Origin: Alphaproteobacteria bacterium
Lineage (GTDB): Bacteria; Pseudomonadota; Alphaproteobacteria; Paracaedibacterales; VGCI01
Assembly (NCBI GenBank): GCA_019746225.1
Contig: JAIESE010000036.1
Location: 11,519 to 75,518, forward strand
Reading direction: 5' to 3'
Length of the DNA stretch: 64,000 bases
The position numbers and the translations under genes were made by a program. This document shows, in pieces, positions 49,031-58,668 of the stretch (positions are counted from its first letter, which is position 1; each line of letters begins with the position of its first letter). The notes beneath the pieces are model-generated. The model was not told the origin of the DNA. It was given only the letters and a program-made list of their open reading frames with translations, and searched no databases.

Positions 49031-49480
49031 CTACAAGGAATTGTTCTTAATAAACGCTACAAAATCTTTGACGTCATTGAACTGTTTATAAACGCTTGCA
49101 AACCGTACATAAGCAACAGAATCTAGATTGAGAAGCGCATCCATAGCCATCTCGCCAATATCCGTTGTTGGAATTTCCGTTTCTCCGGACGTTTCCAATT
49201 GTCGTACAATACTGGAAACGACACGTTCGAGCCGCTCTGGATCAATCTCCCGTTTGTGCAAAGCTGTTTCAATAGATTGCGCCAGCTTGTCCCTGTCAAA
49301 TGGAACCCGAAGACCGCTTTTCTTCAAAACCATTAAATCGCGCAACTGAACCCGTTCAAACGTCGTAAAGCGTGAACCACATTCCATACAAAACCGCCGC
49401 CTTCGGATGGTGGCGTTGTCTTCTGTGGTTCGAGAGTCTTTAACCCCTGTATCCGGGTGGTTGCAAAAGGGACATCGCAC
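49031..49480 (-). CDS. nrdR: Transcriptional repressor NrdR
   Basis: With a GTG start at 49480 the product reads (M)[41 protein letters not shown], giving a zinc ribbon plus an ATP-cone. The upstream extension in the track ORF overlaps glyA and is unlikely. Confidence 0.9.
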   Translation of the reverse strand: MRCPFCNHPDTGVKDSRTTEDNATIRRRRFCMECGSRFTTFERVQLRDLMVLKKSGLRVPFDRDKLAQSIETALHKREIDPERLERVVSSIVRQLETSGETEIPTTDIGEMAMDALLNLDSVAYVRFASVYKQFNDVKDFVAFIKNNSL

Positions 49481-49484
49481 GCTT

Positions 49485-50747
49485 CTAGGCTCCCTTCTGT
49501 TCAGAATAAATAGGGAAGCGATGACATAAAGAAATTGCTTCTTCTCGAACTTGTGCAATGGTCGCAAGCGAGGGATCATGAATCACTTTTGAAATCATAT
49601 CCGCCACTTGGACAAACTCTGGCTTCCCAAAGCCGCGCGAAGTACAAGCAGGACTTCCCAGACGAATGCCTGATGTGATCGTGGGAGAAACAGTATCAAA
49701 AGGAATGCTGTTTTTATTGCACGTAATGTTGGCTTGTCCAAGAGCCACTTCGGTGTCTTTTCCCGTCACGCCTTTCGCCCGCAAATCCACGAGAATAAGG
49801 TGAGAATCTGTTCCGCCCGATACCAAAGAAAAACCATCCTCAACCAATCGTTGGCCCATCGCTTTGGCATTGGCAATGACATTAGCTGCATAGGTTTTAA
49901 ACTCAGGCTTCAACGCTTCCCCAAATGCCACCGCTTTTGCCGCAATGACATGCATGAGCGGGCCGCCTTGCAAACCTGGGAATACAGCAGAATTTATTTT
50001 CTTCGCCAATGCCTCATCGTTCGTTAAAATAATGCCGCCACGGGGCCCCCGTAAGGTTTTGTGGGTTGTGGACGTAACCACATGAGCATGAGGGAAAGGG
50101 CTTGGGAACACGCCACCTGCAACAAGACCTGCGAAATGAGCCATATCCACAAAAAGATAGGCGCCCACCTCATCGGCAATTTGGCGAAATCGAGCAAAAT
50201 CGATGGTTCGTGGATAAGCCGACCCCCCCGCAATAATCAATTTCGGCTGAGTTTCCTTGGCAATTCTGGCAACATCATCATAGTCAATGAGGTGCGTTTC
50301 TGGATGAACATCATAGGAGACAGCTTTGAACCATTTGCCCGACAAATTGACCGATGATCCGTGCGTCAAATGTCCTCCAGCTGCCAAAGACATCCCTAAA
50401 ACCGTGTCACCCGGCTTTACGAGGGCCAGAAAAATCGCTTGATTGGCTTGGCTCCCGGAATGGGGTTGGACATTGGCAAATGCACATCCAAAGAGCGATT
50501 TTACACGATCAATGGCCAAATCCTCCGCAATATCAACGAATTCACACCCCCCATAATACCGGCGACCCGAATAGCCTTCCGCATACTTGTTGGTCATCAC
50601 AGACCCTTGCGCTTCCAAAACAGCTCGAGAAACAATATTTTCGGACGCAATCAATTCAATTTGATCTTGTTGTCGATGCAACTCGAGGCTCATAGCTTCT
50701 GCAATTTGAGGGTCAGTTTTCAAGAGAGCTTCATGAGAAATAGCCAC
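49485..50747 (-). CDS. glyA: Serine hydroxymethyltransferase
   Basis: The 420-aa product has [29 protein letters not shown] and [16 protein letters not shown], the PLP-lysine motif. Confidence 0.96.
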   Translation of the reverse strand: MAISHEALLKTDPQIAEAMSLELHRQQDQIELIASENIVSRAVLEAQGSVMTNKYAEGYSGRRYYGGCEFVDIAEDLAIDRVKSLFGCAFANVQPHSGSQANQAIFLALVKPGDTVLGMSLAAGGHLTHGSSVNLSGKWFKAVSYDVHPETHLIDYDDVARIAKETQPKLIIAGGSAYPRTIDFARFRQIADEVGAYLFVDMAHFAGLVAGGVFPSPFPHAHVVTSTTHKTLRGPRGGIILTNDEALAKKINSAVFPGLQGGPLMHVIAAKAVAFGEALKPEFKTYAANVIANAKAMGQRLVEDGFSLVSGGTDSHLILVDLRAKGVTGKDTEVALGQANITCNKNSIPFDTVSPTITSGIRLGSPACTSRGFGKPEFVQVADMISKVIHDPSLATIAQVREEAISLCHRFPIYSEQKGA

Positions 50748-51025
50748 AGTGTGTATAATCCTTAACTTAAAGGGACAATTTTTTCCACCATAGCCAAATT
50801 CTGTCCCTTTGGCAAAGGGGTTGCTTGCTAGAATTTACACATGCTCTTGACAATTTTCTCGAAGATTCCCATATTTATTTCTAGTATCCCTCAAATTTTA
50901 CAGGTTATACGTATTATGAAAATTTCCCCTCGATAGGCCCGATTCAGGGCGAAGACGCACAAAACCCTTGCGGATCCGGTGTGCAGAATTGTCCTAAATT
51001 TCAAACAATTATCGAGAGGTATCTT

Positions 51026-52453
51026 ATGATGCATCATCCCATTTCAATTAATTCCCTTGGACTCCATTTCCCCCAAAAAGTCTGTTTTGAGGACTTTTCG
51101 ACCCGCATTCACCCCGGCATGCGCATTGCCCTTGTGGGGCGCAATGGCTCAGGGAAATCGACTCTTATAAATATCCTTCGAGGCCATGCCCAACCATCAG
51201 AAGGGGAAGTCTTTATACCTGACGATGTTAGGATTGCCTATGTTCCTCAAGTGATTGAGGATTTTTCGCAAATGAGTGGCGGTCAGCGTCTGAATGAGGC
51301 GCTCACAAAAGCCCTCATCACAAATCCAAATGTCCTTTTGCTGGATGAGCCCACCAATCATTTGGACTTGAAGAATCGCCGCTCTCTAATGCGCCTGCTT
51401 CAAAAATTTCCAGGGACCCTCATTGTGGTCTCCCATGATATTGAGCTGTTGCGCACCTGCATCAATACGCTGTGGCATATAGATCAGGGGAAAGTCACTG
51501 TTTTTTCAGGACATTATGACGATTATATACGGGAAACAACCCAAAGGAGAACTTCTCTCGAGAAGGAATTGTCGGCCTTAGATCTCCAGAAAAAGGAAAC
51601 ACATTCCGCTCTCATGCAAGAGCAAACACGAGCAAAGAATAGCCGCCTCAAAGGAGAGAAACACATTGATCAGCGAAAATGGCCAACGGTTGTATCCGGC
51701 GCAAAAGCCCGTCGTGCTGAAGAAACGTCGGGTCGTAAAAAACACGATATTCACACCAAAAAACATGATCTATCCGAAAGGTTAGCTGAGTTACGATTGC
51801 CCGAAATCATTGTCCCGACGTTTTCTCTGAAAAGTTCTGAGGTATTTTCCTCTAGAGTGATTCTTTCCATTGCAGAGGGAGGTTGCAGGTATAACACCCC
51901 TGTTCTTGAGAGCATCTTTTTATCCTTAAGCGCATCTGGGCGTCTTGCCATAAAAGGCGATAATGGGTCCGGAAAATCGACGCTCGTTAAAGGCATTCTT
52001 AATGACCCCACTGTTATCAAATCAGGGGAATGGATCACCCCAAAGCGTGAAGATATTGGATACTTGGATCAGCATTATTCGACCCTCACTCTCGACAAAA
52101 GTGTGCGCCAGACAATTCAAGATCTTGTCCCAACTTGGACCCTTGCGGATGTAAGGCGTCTTCTGAATGACTTTTTGTTTCGCAAAAATGAAGAAGCTTC
52201 GGCCATGGTATCAACCCTATCAGGCGGTGAAAAGGCACGCCTTTCGCTTGCCCAAATTGCCGCAAAGACGCCAAAATTGTTGATCCTGGATGAGATTACC
52301 AATAACCTCGATCTCGAAACACGAAACCACGTGGTGCAAGTGTTAAAACAGTATCCCGGTGCCATGATCGTCATCTCTCATGACGAGGATTTTTTGAAAG
52401 AAATCGGGATAGAGGATTTTTATGAGTTGAGAAATGGGGGGGTGGTCAAATGA
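51026..52453 (+). CDS. ABC-F family ATPase (two ABC domains, no TM domain), short form of about 475 aa
   Basis: Two Walker A motifs (GRNGSGKST, GDNGSGKST) and two signatures (MSGGQRLN, LSGGEKARL) are present. A basic K/R/E-rich interdomain linker joins them (QKKETHSALMQEQTRAKNSRLKGEKHIDQRK...). I chose the ATG at 51026, which follows GAGAGG. Confidence 0.88.
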   Translation: MMHHPISINSLGLHFPQKVCFEDFSTRIHPGMRIALVGRNGSGKSTLINILRGHAQPSEGEVFIPDDVRIAYVPQVIEDFSQMSGGQRLNEALTKALITNPNVLLLDEPTNHLDLKNRRSLMRLLQKFPGTLIVVSHDIELLRTCINTLWHIDQGKVTVFSGHYDDYIRETTQRRTSLEKELSALDLQKKETHSALMQEQTRAKNSRLKGEKHIDQRKWPTVVSGAKARRAEETSGRKKHDIHTKKHDLSERLAELRLPEIIVPTFSLKSSEVFSSRVILSIAEGGCRYNTPVLESIFLSLSASGRLAIKGDNGSGKSTLVKGILNDPTVIKSGEWITPKREDIGYLDQHYSTLTLDKSVRQTIQDLVPTWTLADVRRLLNDFLFRKNEEASAMVSTLSGGEKARLSLAQIAAKTPKLLILDEITNNLDLETRNHVVQVLKQYPGAMIVISHDEDFLKEIGIEDFYELRNGGVVK

Positions 52454-53034
52454 TACTCTTTTTAAATGGATGCTCATCCTCAGGAAAAACAACTATTGCC
52501 AAGGCCATTCAACACTTGGCAAATGAGCCTTGGTTGCTTTTGGGTATCGATTTGTTTATTGACATGATGCCGGCACAATATGTTGGGTTTGGTGAAAAAG
52601 CCCATGAAGGCTATCACTTTATTCCCGACCAAGATGACGAAGGGCCCTTCATGCGCATCAAAAGTGGGCCGTTTGGAAGTGCTGTTACCCAATCCTGCCC
52701 AAATGTTGTGAAAACATTAGCAGATGACGGGCATCACCTCATTGTGGATGAGGTATTATTCACCGATGCAGAATTGGAAATTTATGTCCGAGCCCTCGTG
52801 GGACATACGGTCTATTTTATTGGTGTGATGTGTGATTTGAAATCCTTACAAGAAAGAGAACTTCTTCGAGGCGATCGGGCAATCGGATTAGGACACGATC
52901 AAATCGCCCGCGTTCATAATCGCTCACGCCCTTATGATTTTACCGTTGACACCACCAGAAAATCCGCATTTGAGTGTGCCCAAGAAATCTTGTCGTTTAT
53001 GAAGAATGAGCCAAATCCGCGATCCTTTGGTTGA
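52450..53034 (+). CDS. Chloramphenicol phosphotransferase-like (CPT family) P-loop kinase
   Basis: It is collinear with Streptomyces CPT as I recall it: ILFLNGCSSSGKTTIAKAIQ, EPWLLLGID, LRGDRAIGL, YDFTVDTT..SAFECAQEI. ATGA overlap with the ABC-F gene (52450..52453). Confidence 0.8.
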   Translation: MILFLNGCSSSGKTTIAKAIQHLANEPWLLLGIDLFIDMMPAQYVGFGEKAHEGYHFIPDQDDEGPFMRIKSGPFGSAVTQSCPNVVKTLADDGHHLIVDEVLFTDAELEIYVRALVGHTVYFIGVMCDLKSLQERELLRGDRAIGLGHDQIARVHNRSRPYDFTVDTTRKSAFECAQEILSFMKNEPNPRSFG

Positions 53035-53066
53035 GATGGAAAGGTATAACTGATTGTATGGAAATC

Positions 53067-53178
53067 GTCCCGATCGGGACTAATCTGCGTAGAGTACCTT
53101 ACAAATTTGATAAATCGACCCGTACGGGATTATTTTCTTTGTTTTGGACTAAAATATGATATAATCATCCCGAAAGGG
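53067..53178 (+). promoter_or_regulatory. hipBA control region: three TCCCG/CGGGA-type palindromes and an extended -10
   Basis: GTCCCGATCGGGAC (53067..53080) is a perfect 14-nt palindrome. CCCGTACGGG (53119..53128) is a perfect 10-nt palindrome. TCCCGAAAGGG (53168..53178) is an imperfect third site. TGaTATAAT lies at 53157..53165. Confidence 0.5.
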
Positions 53179-53187
53179 TTGATAAAA

Positions 53188-53412
53188 ATGAAAAAAATTG
53201 AAGATATTAAAGGTCTCGGGATTTGGGTCCGTCAAGCGCGAAAAGAGCAAGGTCTAACACAAGAACAACTTGCAGCTACTTCCAGTGTAGGCATCCGTTT
53301 TATAAGGGAACTTGAGCAAGGAAAAGAAACCTGTCATATCGGGAAGGTCATGCAAGTCTTGCAAATGCTTGGGATTGAGATCTTTGCAAGGAAAAGAGGA
53401 GAGGTAAACTAA
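53188..53412 (+). CDS. hipB: XRE-family HTH antitoxin HipB
   Basis: MKKIEDIKGLGIWVRQARKEQGLTQEQLAATSSVGIRFIRELEQGK is a Cro/C1 HTH. Its stop overlaps the hipA ATG (TAATG). Confidence 0.8.
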   Translation: MKKIEDIKGLGIWVRQARKEQGLTQEQLAATSSVGIRFIRELEQGKETCHIGKVMQVLQMLGIEIFARKRGEVN

Positions 53413-54662
53413 TGACCCGTATTTTAGACGTCTATTTACACGAGCAACTGGTTGGAAAATTGATACAGGACAATTCAGGACGTTTGCAATTTCAGTATGA
53501 AGAAAATTACGTCTCCGATAAGAATTCAATGCCCATTTCTTTATCTATGCCCGTGCGATCAGAGCAATACGAAGAAATAAAAGTTCGTGCTTTTTTCTCC
53601 GGTCTTCTGCCCGATGATATCGCCCGTCACCGATTGGCCCGCTACTTAGGTGTTTCAGAGAAGAATCCATTCTCACTACTCGAAGCAATTGGAGGAGAGT
53701 GCGCAGGGGCTCTTGCTTTATATCCTGAAGGGGAACTGCCTCCCCCTCCTAAAAATGGAGATATTGAAAAACTTGACAACAAACAATTGAAGGAAATCCT
53801 AAATCTCCTAAAACGACGCCCCTTAATGGCAGGAGAAGACAATGTCAGGCTCTCTCTTGCAGGTGCTCAAGATAAGCTTGCCATCAGTTTAGTAGATGAT
53901 TGTATTGCTTTGGTGAGGGGAACGACCCCTACAACTCATATCCTAAAACCTTTGATAGAAGAGGTAAAAGACAGCGTATACAATGAATTATTCTGCTTAT
54001 CACTTGCCGCGCTACTAGAAATAGAAACACCACGCGCAGAAATCCGCTGGCTAGACGATACTCCCTACTTTCTTGTAGAACGTTATGATCGTCAAATTGA
54101 TTCGAACAACAAGATTGTACGGATACACCAAGAGGATTTCTGTCAAGTTTTGGGAGTTCTGCCAGAACTCAAATATGAACGTGAAGGAGGTCCAAGCGTT
54201 ACGCAAAGTTTAGAACTGCTGCAGAATCACTCTTTGCAACCTGCTGCTGATCGACTCGCGTTTATCCAAAGGTTGATTTTCAACTACCTCATTGGAAACT
54301 CAGATGCTCACGGTAAAAATAATTCTATTCTCTTTACAAATCGACTACCAAGATTAGCACCAGCTTATGATTTGTTATCAACTATTATATATCCAAATCT
54401 CTCAAACAAGATGGCAATGAAAATAGGAGGCAAATATGACCCTGAGGTTGTCCTTCTTCGCCATTGGCAACGAATTGTTCCTGATACAACCGTCGCAAAG
54501 AGAGCATTGAACAAAGACTTAATGAAGATTTCAAAAGACTGTCTAGAACAAGCACACACTCTCAAAGCAGCACTAAAAGAACAAGGGACTTACTCAATAA
54601 TATTTGATGATATCTGTCAGGTAATTAAAAAGAGATCTGATCACATCCTGAGGCAACTTTAA
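53412..54662 (+). CDS. hipA: Type II toxin HipA family serine/threonine kinase
   Basis: The 416-aa product starts with L.VYL....VG.L........F.Y (HipA N-terminal). It also has SLAGAQDKLA, and IGNSDAHGKNNSILF is the catalytic loop. Confidence 0.88.
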   Translation: MTRILDVYLHEQLVGKLIQDNSGRLQFQYEENYVSDKNSMPISLSMPVRSEQYEEIKVRAFFSGLLPDDIARHRLARYLGVSEKNPFSLLEAIGGECAGALALYPEGELPPPPKNGDIEKLDNKQLKEILNLLKRRPLMAGEDNVRLSLAGAQDKLAISLVDDCIALVRGTTPTTHILKPLIEEVKDSVYNELFCLSLAALLEIETPRAEIRWLDDTPYFLVERYDRQIDSNNKIVRIHQEDFCQVLGVLPELKYEREGGPSVTQSLELLQNHSLQPAADRLAFIQRLIFNYLIGNSDAHGKNNSILFTNRLPRLAPAYDLLSTIIYPNLSNKMAMKIGGKYDPEVVLLRHWQRIVPDTTVAKRALNKDLMKISKDCLEQAHTLKAALKEQGTYSIIFDDICQVIKKRSDHILRQL

Positions 54663-54666
54663 CCCC

Positions 54667-55437
54667 TCACCCGCCCGCAAGGGCTTTTTTAATCATCAAC
54701 AAATCAAGCCAGGATTGGGCTTTTTGGCCCGGGGAGCGTAAGAGGAAAGAGGGATGATAGGTCGCAATCGCCTTGATGGGGTCTTTGAGTTCAGGCGACG
54801 TATAAGATTGCCAAGTCCCACGCAAGCGCATAATGCCATCATTGGTATTAAACAGCGTCTTCATAGCAACCCCACCCACCAAAACCAATAGGGTTGGAGA
54901 AACGAGTGCGATGTGCTTTTCCACAAACGGTTTGCATACCGTAATCTCTTGAGGGGTCGGTTGGCGATTTCCAGGCGGACGCCAGGGGACAATGTTTGTG
55001 ATGTATACGGATGTGCGATCAAGCCCAATTGTGGCGAGCATGCGATCCAAAAGTTGGCCGCTCACGCCCACAAAGGGAACGCCTTGACGATCCTCATCGG
55101 CGCCAGGCGCTTCGCCCACCAACATCACCTTTGCACTTGGGTTGCCATCGGCAAAGACCAAATTTGTGGCGGTCTTTTTCAAAGGACATCCTTCAAAGGC
55201 CTCAAGAACACGGCGTAAATCCGCCAGCGTCTTGCAGTCTGACAAGTTGGGAGGCGGCATCATCGAGGGCACAGAAGGAGAAGGCGTTGGGGATTTCAAT
55301 TGAACGGGTGCAGCACCCTTTGAAGGAATCGACTTTAACGGCTCATAATGATTACGAGGGGTATCACCAACGGCCACGTCAATGCCCAATTCTTGATACC
55401 ATCGCAACGTTTCAATAAGTTTCTGATTTATCATCAT
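54667..55437 (-). CDS. Uracil-DNA glycosylase, family 4
   Basis: VMLVGEAPGADEDRQGVPFVGVSGQLLDRML and HPSFLLR are family-4 UDG motifs. A Pro-rich N-terminal extension is present. Confidence 0.88.
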   Translation of the reverse strand: MMINQKLIETLRWYQELGIDVAVGDTPRNHYEPLKSIPSKGAAPVQLKSPTPSPSVPSMMPPPNLSDCKTLADLRRVLEAFEGCPLKKTATNLVFADGNPSAKVMLVGEAPGADEDRQGVPFVGVSGQLLDRMLATIGLDRTSVYITNIVPWRPPGNRQPTPQEITVCKPFVEKHIALVSPTLLVLVGGVAMKTLFNTNDGIMRLRGTWQSYTSPELKDPIKAIATYHPSFLLRSPGQKAQSWLDLLMIKKALAGG

Positions 55438-55500
55438 ACTTACTTTGTCTAAAGTATAATTAGGTGAATGACAACTGTGTTTTAAGAAGGCGGCATAAAT

Positions 55501-57096
55501 ATGGACGAGATGACTTACGATGTTGTGATTGTGGGAGCCGGCCCCGCCGGACTGTCCGCTGCCATTCGACTAAAACAACTCAATCCTCAAGTCACTGTTT
55601 GTATCTTGGAAAAGGGATCAGAAGTCGGTGCCCACATTATTTCTGGGTGTGTGTTTGAGCCTCGCGCGTTGAATGAGCTCATCCCCGATTGGAATCAAAA
55701 AGGTGCCCCTTTGACGATACCGGTGTCACAAGATCAGTTCTGGTTTTTGACTAAGAAGCGCGCATTGAAGCTCCCCATCCCGCCCCAAATGCACAACCAG
55801 GGCAACTATATCATTTCCTTAAGTCAATTCTGTCGGTGGTTGGGAAAAAAAGCCGAAGCTCTCGGCGTGGAAATATACCCTGGATTTGCAGCTGTTGACG
55901 TATTGTTCGATGAGAAAGGGGCTGTGCGCGGCGTGAAGACCGGCGATATGGGCGTTGGACGAGATGGCAATCCAACAGAACTTTTCCAACCCGGTATTCC
56001 AATATATGGAAGGCAAGTATTGGTGGCCGAAGGGGCGCGGGGAAGTCTGGGTGAGAAGCTCATTCATCATTACAAGTTGCGGGAAAATTCTGACCCCCAA
56101 ACCTATGGGTTGGGCATCAAAGAAATATGGCAAGTAACTCCTGAAAAACACAAAGCTGGTACGGTTCTCCACAGTGTGGGATGGCCACTAAACTTAAAGA
56201 CCTATGGGGGCAGTTTCCTCTATCATTTGAATGACCATCAAGTGGCCGTCGGATATGTTGTGGCCCTGGATTATCAAAACCCTTACCTATCCCCTTTCGA
56301 AGAATTTCAGAAATTCAAAACCCACCCGTCGATTCGTCCCCTCTTCGAAGGTGGAAAGCGCCTCAGTTATGGGGCACGCGCTATTAATGAAGGCGGTTGG
56401 CAATCTTTGCCGAAATTGACATTCCCTGGTGGCGCGCTGATAGGCTGCAGCGCAGGGTTTCTCAATGTGCCCAAAATAAAAGGGTCCCATACGGCCATGA
56501 AGTCGGGCATGCTCGCGGCCGAAGGTGTAATGGAGACCTTGCAAGGGCGACGTAATGATTATGAAAATCGATTGCGCAAAAGCTGGGTTGCCATTGAGCT
56601 TCAACAGGTGCGCAATATTCGTCCCGGATTTCGATGGGGTATGCTGTTGGGCTTAATCCATGCAGCTTTAGACACGTATATATTTCGAGGAAAGGCCCCT
56701 TGGACCCTTCACAATCATGCGGATCACCTGCAACTGAAAAAGGCTTCTGCCAGCAAGCGCATCCCTTATCCAAAACCCGACGGCGTGGTTACGTTTGACC
56801 GCTTAAGTTCGGTTTATTTATGCACGATCCATCACCCCGAAAATCAACCGAATCACTTGCATTTAGCGATTCCGGATTTAGCCATTTCTCATAACTTCGC
56901 CTTATATGACAGCCCCGAGCAACGCTATTGCCCCGCCAATGTTTATGAAATCGTGAAAACGGAAGGAAAGCCATCGCTCCAAATCAACAGCGCCAATTGC
57001 ATTCACTGCAAAACCTGTGATATCAAGGATCCACTGCAGAATATTCACTGGGTCCCCCCAGAAGGCGGGAGTGGCCCAACTTACAGTGATATGTAA
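55501..57096 (+). CDS. Electron transfer flavoprotein-ubiquinone oxidoreductase
   Basis: YDVVIVGAGPAGLSAAIRL is the FAD fold motif. The C-terminal 4Fe-4S motif is NCIHCKTCDIKDP...W..PEGG.GP.Y. The product is 531 aa. Confidence 0.92.
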   Translation: MDEMTYDVVIVGAGPAGLSAAIRLKQLNPQVTVCILEKGSEVGAHIISGCVFEPRALNELIPDWNQKGAPLTIPVSQDQFWFLTKKRALKLPIPPQMHNQGNYIISLSQFCRWLGKKAEALGVEIYPGFAAVDVLFDEKGAVRGVKTGDMGVGRDGNPTELFQPGIPIYGRQVLVAEGARGSLGEKLIHHYKLRENSDPQTYGLGIKEIWQVTPEKHKAGTVLHSVGWPLNLKTYGGSFLYHLNDHQVAVGYVVALDYQNPYLSPFEEFQKFKTHPSIRPLFEGGKRLSYGARAINEGGWQSLPKLTFPGGALIGCSAGFLNVPKIKGSHTAMKSGMLAAEGVMETLQGRRNDYENRLRKSWVAIELQQVRNIRPGFRWGMLLGLIHAALDTYIFRGKAPWTLHNHADHLQLKKASASKRIPYPKPDGVVTFDRLSSVYLCTIHHPENQPNHLHLAIPDLAISHNFALYDSPEQRYCPANVYEIVKTEGKPSLQINSANCIHCKTCDIKDPLQNIHWVPPEGGSGPTYSDM

Positions 57097-57110
57097 TTTT
57101 ACGCGCTGAA

Positions 57111-58046
57111 ATGAAAAAAATGACTATTACTCGCCTAGCTCCGGCCAAAATCAACCTCATGCTCCATGTCGTCGAGCGCTTAAACGACGGCTATCACCAC
57201 CTGCAATCCTTGATTGCATTTGCGAACACAGGCGATCAAATTTCCATTGAAAAGGCGGATCAATCCAGCCTCACGGTAGATGGCCCTTTTGCCGATCAAA
57301 TCACGTTCGGGCCCCATAACAGCATCATCCAAGCCGCTCAATTTATGGGGAAAAAGTATCCTGATATTGGGCAAATCCACATACATTTGACGAAGAATCT
57401 ACCCATAGCTTCAGGCATCGGTGGCGGTTCCAGTGATGCGGCAGCCACCATTGCCGCCCTTCTCGATTACCACAAAGTTATCCTTTCAACAACGCAAGAA
57501 GACACTCTTATTTTGGAATCCTCTACATTGGGGGCCGATTTGCCGGTGTGTTTGGCCCGTCAATTTGCGCGGGGACCTTTCTTTTGGATTGACGGATCTG
57601 AGCGTGAAGTGTTGCCGATCCCGATTCATCAAAAATTATCCGGGGTAATACTTCTCGTGAATCCAGGTGTGGCGTTGCCAACACACGATGTTTTTGAGAA
57701 GATTCGCCCCCCCTATACCTCACCCCAAGATTTTGAGATTGTCTTGGACCATGCCTTTCAAGGGAATCTCCTGAAATACTTGAAATCTCAAGCCAACGAT
57801 CTGACACCAGCCGCGATTGCTCGAGAACCCATCGTTGAGAACGTACTCGAAACGCTCCAGGCAACCCCAGACTGTCATCTCGCCCGGATGTCTGGTAGTG
57901 GGGCCACCTGCTTTGGAATATTTGGGGATGAGGACTCTGCACAACAAGCAAAGGCGCTTTTTGAAGCAAAATATCCAGAAGGTTGGAGCATAATCTGCCA
58001 ATTATTTCCAGAGGCACCTACGCCTGTGAAGACTATATTTACCTGA
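57111..58046 (+). CDS. ispE: 4-(cytidine 5'-diphospho)-2-C-methyl-D-erythritol kinase
   Basis: APAKINLMLHVV.R..DGYH.L.SL is followed by the GHMP motif IASGIGGGSSDAAA and then MSGSGATCFG. Confidence 0.9.
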   Translation: MKKMTITRLAPAKINLMLHVVERLNDGYHHLQSLIAFANTGDQISIEKADQSSLTVDGPFADQITFGPHNSIIQAAQFMGKKYPDIGQIHIHLTKNLPIASGIGGGSSDAAATIAALLDYHKVILSTTQEDTLILESSTLGADLPVCLARQFARGPFFWIDGSEREVLPIPIHQKLSGVILLVNPGVALPTHDVFEKIRPPYTSPQDFEIVLDHAFQGNLLKYLKSQANDLTPAAIAREPIVENVLETLQATPDCHLARMSGSGATCFGIFGDEDSAQQAKALFEAKYPEGWSIICQLFPEAPTPVKTIFT

Positions 58047-58085
58047 TATATTCCTGCTCAACCCTCAAAACTATCAGTTAAAGAA

Positions 58086-58508
58086 ATGACCAGATGGCCT
58101 ATAAGCCGGGTTTTGTCCGCAAAGCTTCAGATTTGCATCCTACTTTACTGTATGACTATTCATCTGGGACGACAGTTACCTGTCGCCTCTAGCGATCAAC
58201 CCGGATGACCTGCACAAACACAGTTGAGGGGTTGCCCCCTCGCTCATCCCTATTAGATCTTGCTCCGAGTGGGGTTTGCCCTGCCACCTCTGTTACCAGA
58301 GGTGCGGTGCGCTCTTACCGCCCCATTTCACCCTTACCGTTGAGTTGCCTCAACGGCGGTATATTTTCTGTGGCACTTTCCCTAAAGTCAGCCTTTGTCA
58401 ACTGACCCCGGCGGACGTTATCCGCCACCCTTATTTGTGTGGAGCCCGGACTTTCCTCCAACCTCGAGGTTGCCCTCAAAATCAGCAGTCATCCAGCCAT
58501 CTGGTACT
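58086..58508 (-). ncRNA. rnpB: RNase P RNA, bacterial class A
   Basis: The minus strand contains GGAGGAAAGTCCGGGCTCCACA (complement of 58441..58462). It also has GGTAAGAGCGCACCG, GGCAAACCCCACTCGGAGCAAG, and the 3' ACAAAACCCGGCTTATAGGCCATCTGGTC, which pairs with the 5' ACCAGATGGCTGG to form P1. The ends are approximate. Confidence 0.9.
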
Positions 58509-58668
58509 GTATCATATAGGTTTCCTTTGACCTTTTGTCAATGAAGCACTATGGTTGGGACACGTTTGTCTCATGAAATACAATAAAAATAGTGTGAGAG
58601 TTTTTATACCCCTTTGTCGTGATGGTCACCTAAGCGAGGAAGGTTAGATTAATAAGGAAAGATAAACA

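Noticed and set aside
50748-50980. A riboswitch (for example ZTP/pfl-type or another folate-related leader) in the glyA 5' region. An AGGGACA...TGTCCCT hairpin lies at about 50772..50808.
   Set aside because: I could not find the conserved ZTP core sequences (such as GGGTCGTGAC, CCGGGCGGA or CCGCCTGGGCA) on the minus strand. One simple hairpin is insufficient. A covariance-model scan (Rfam) would be needed.
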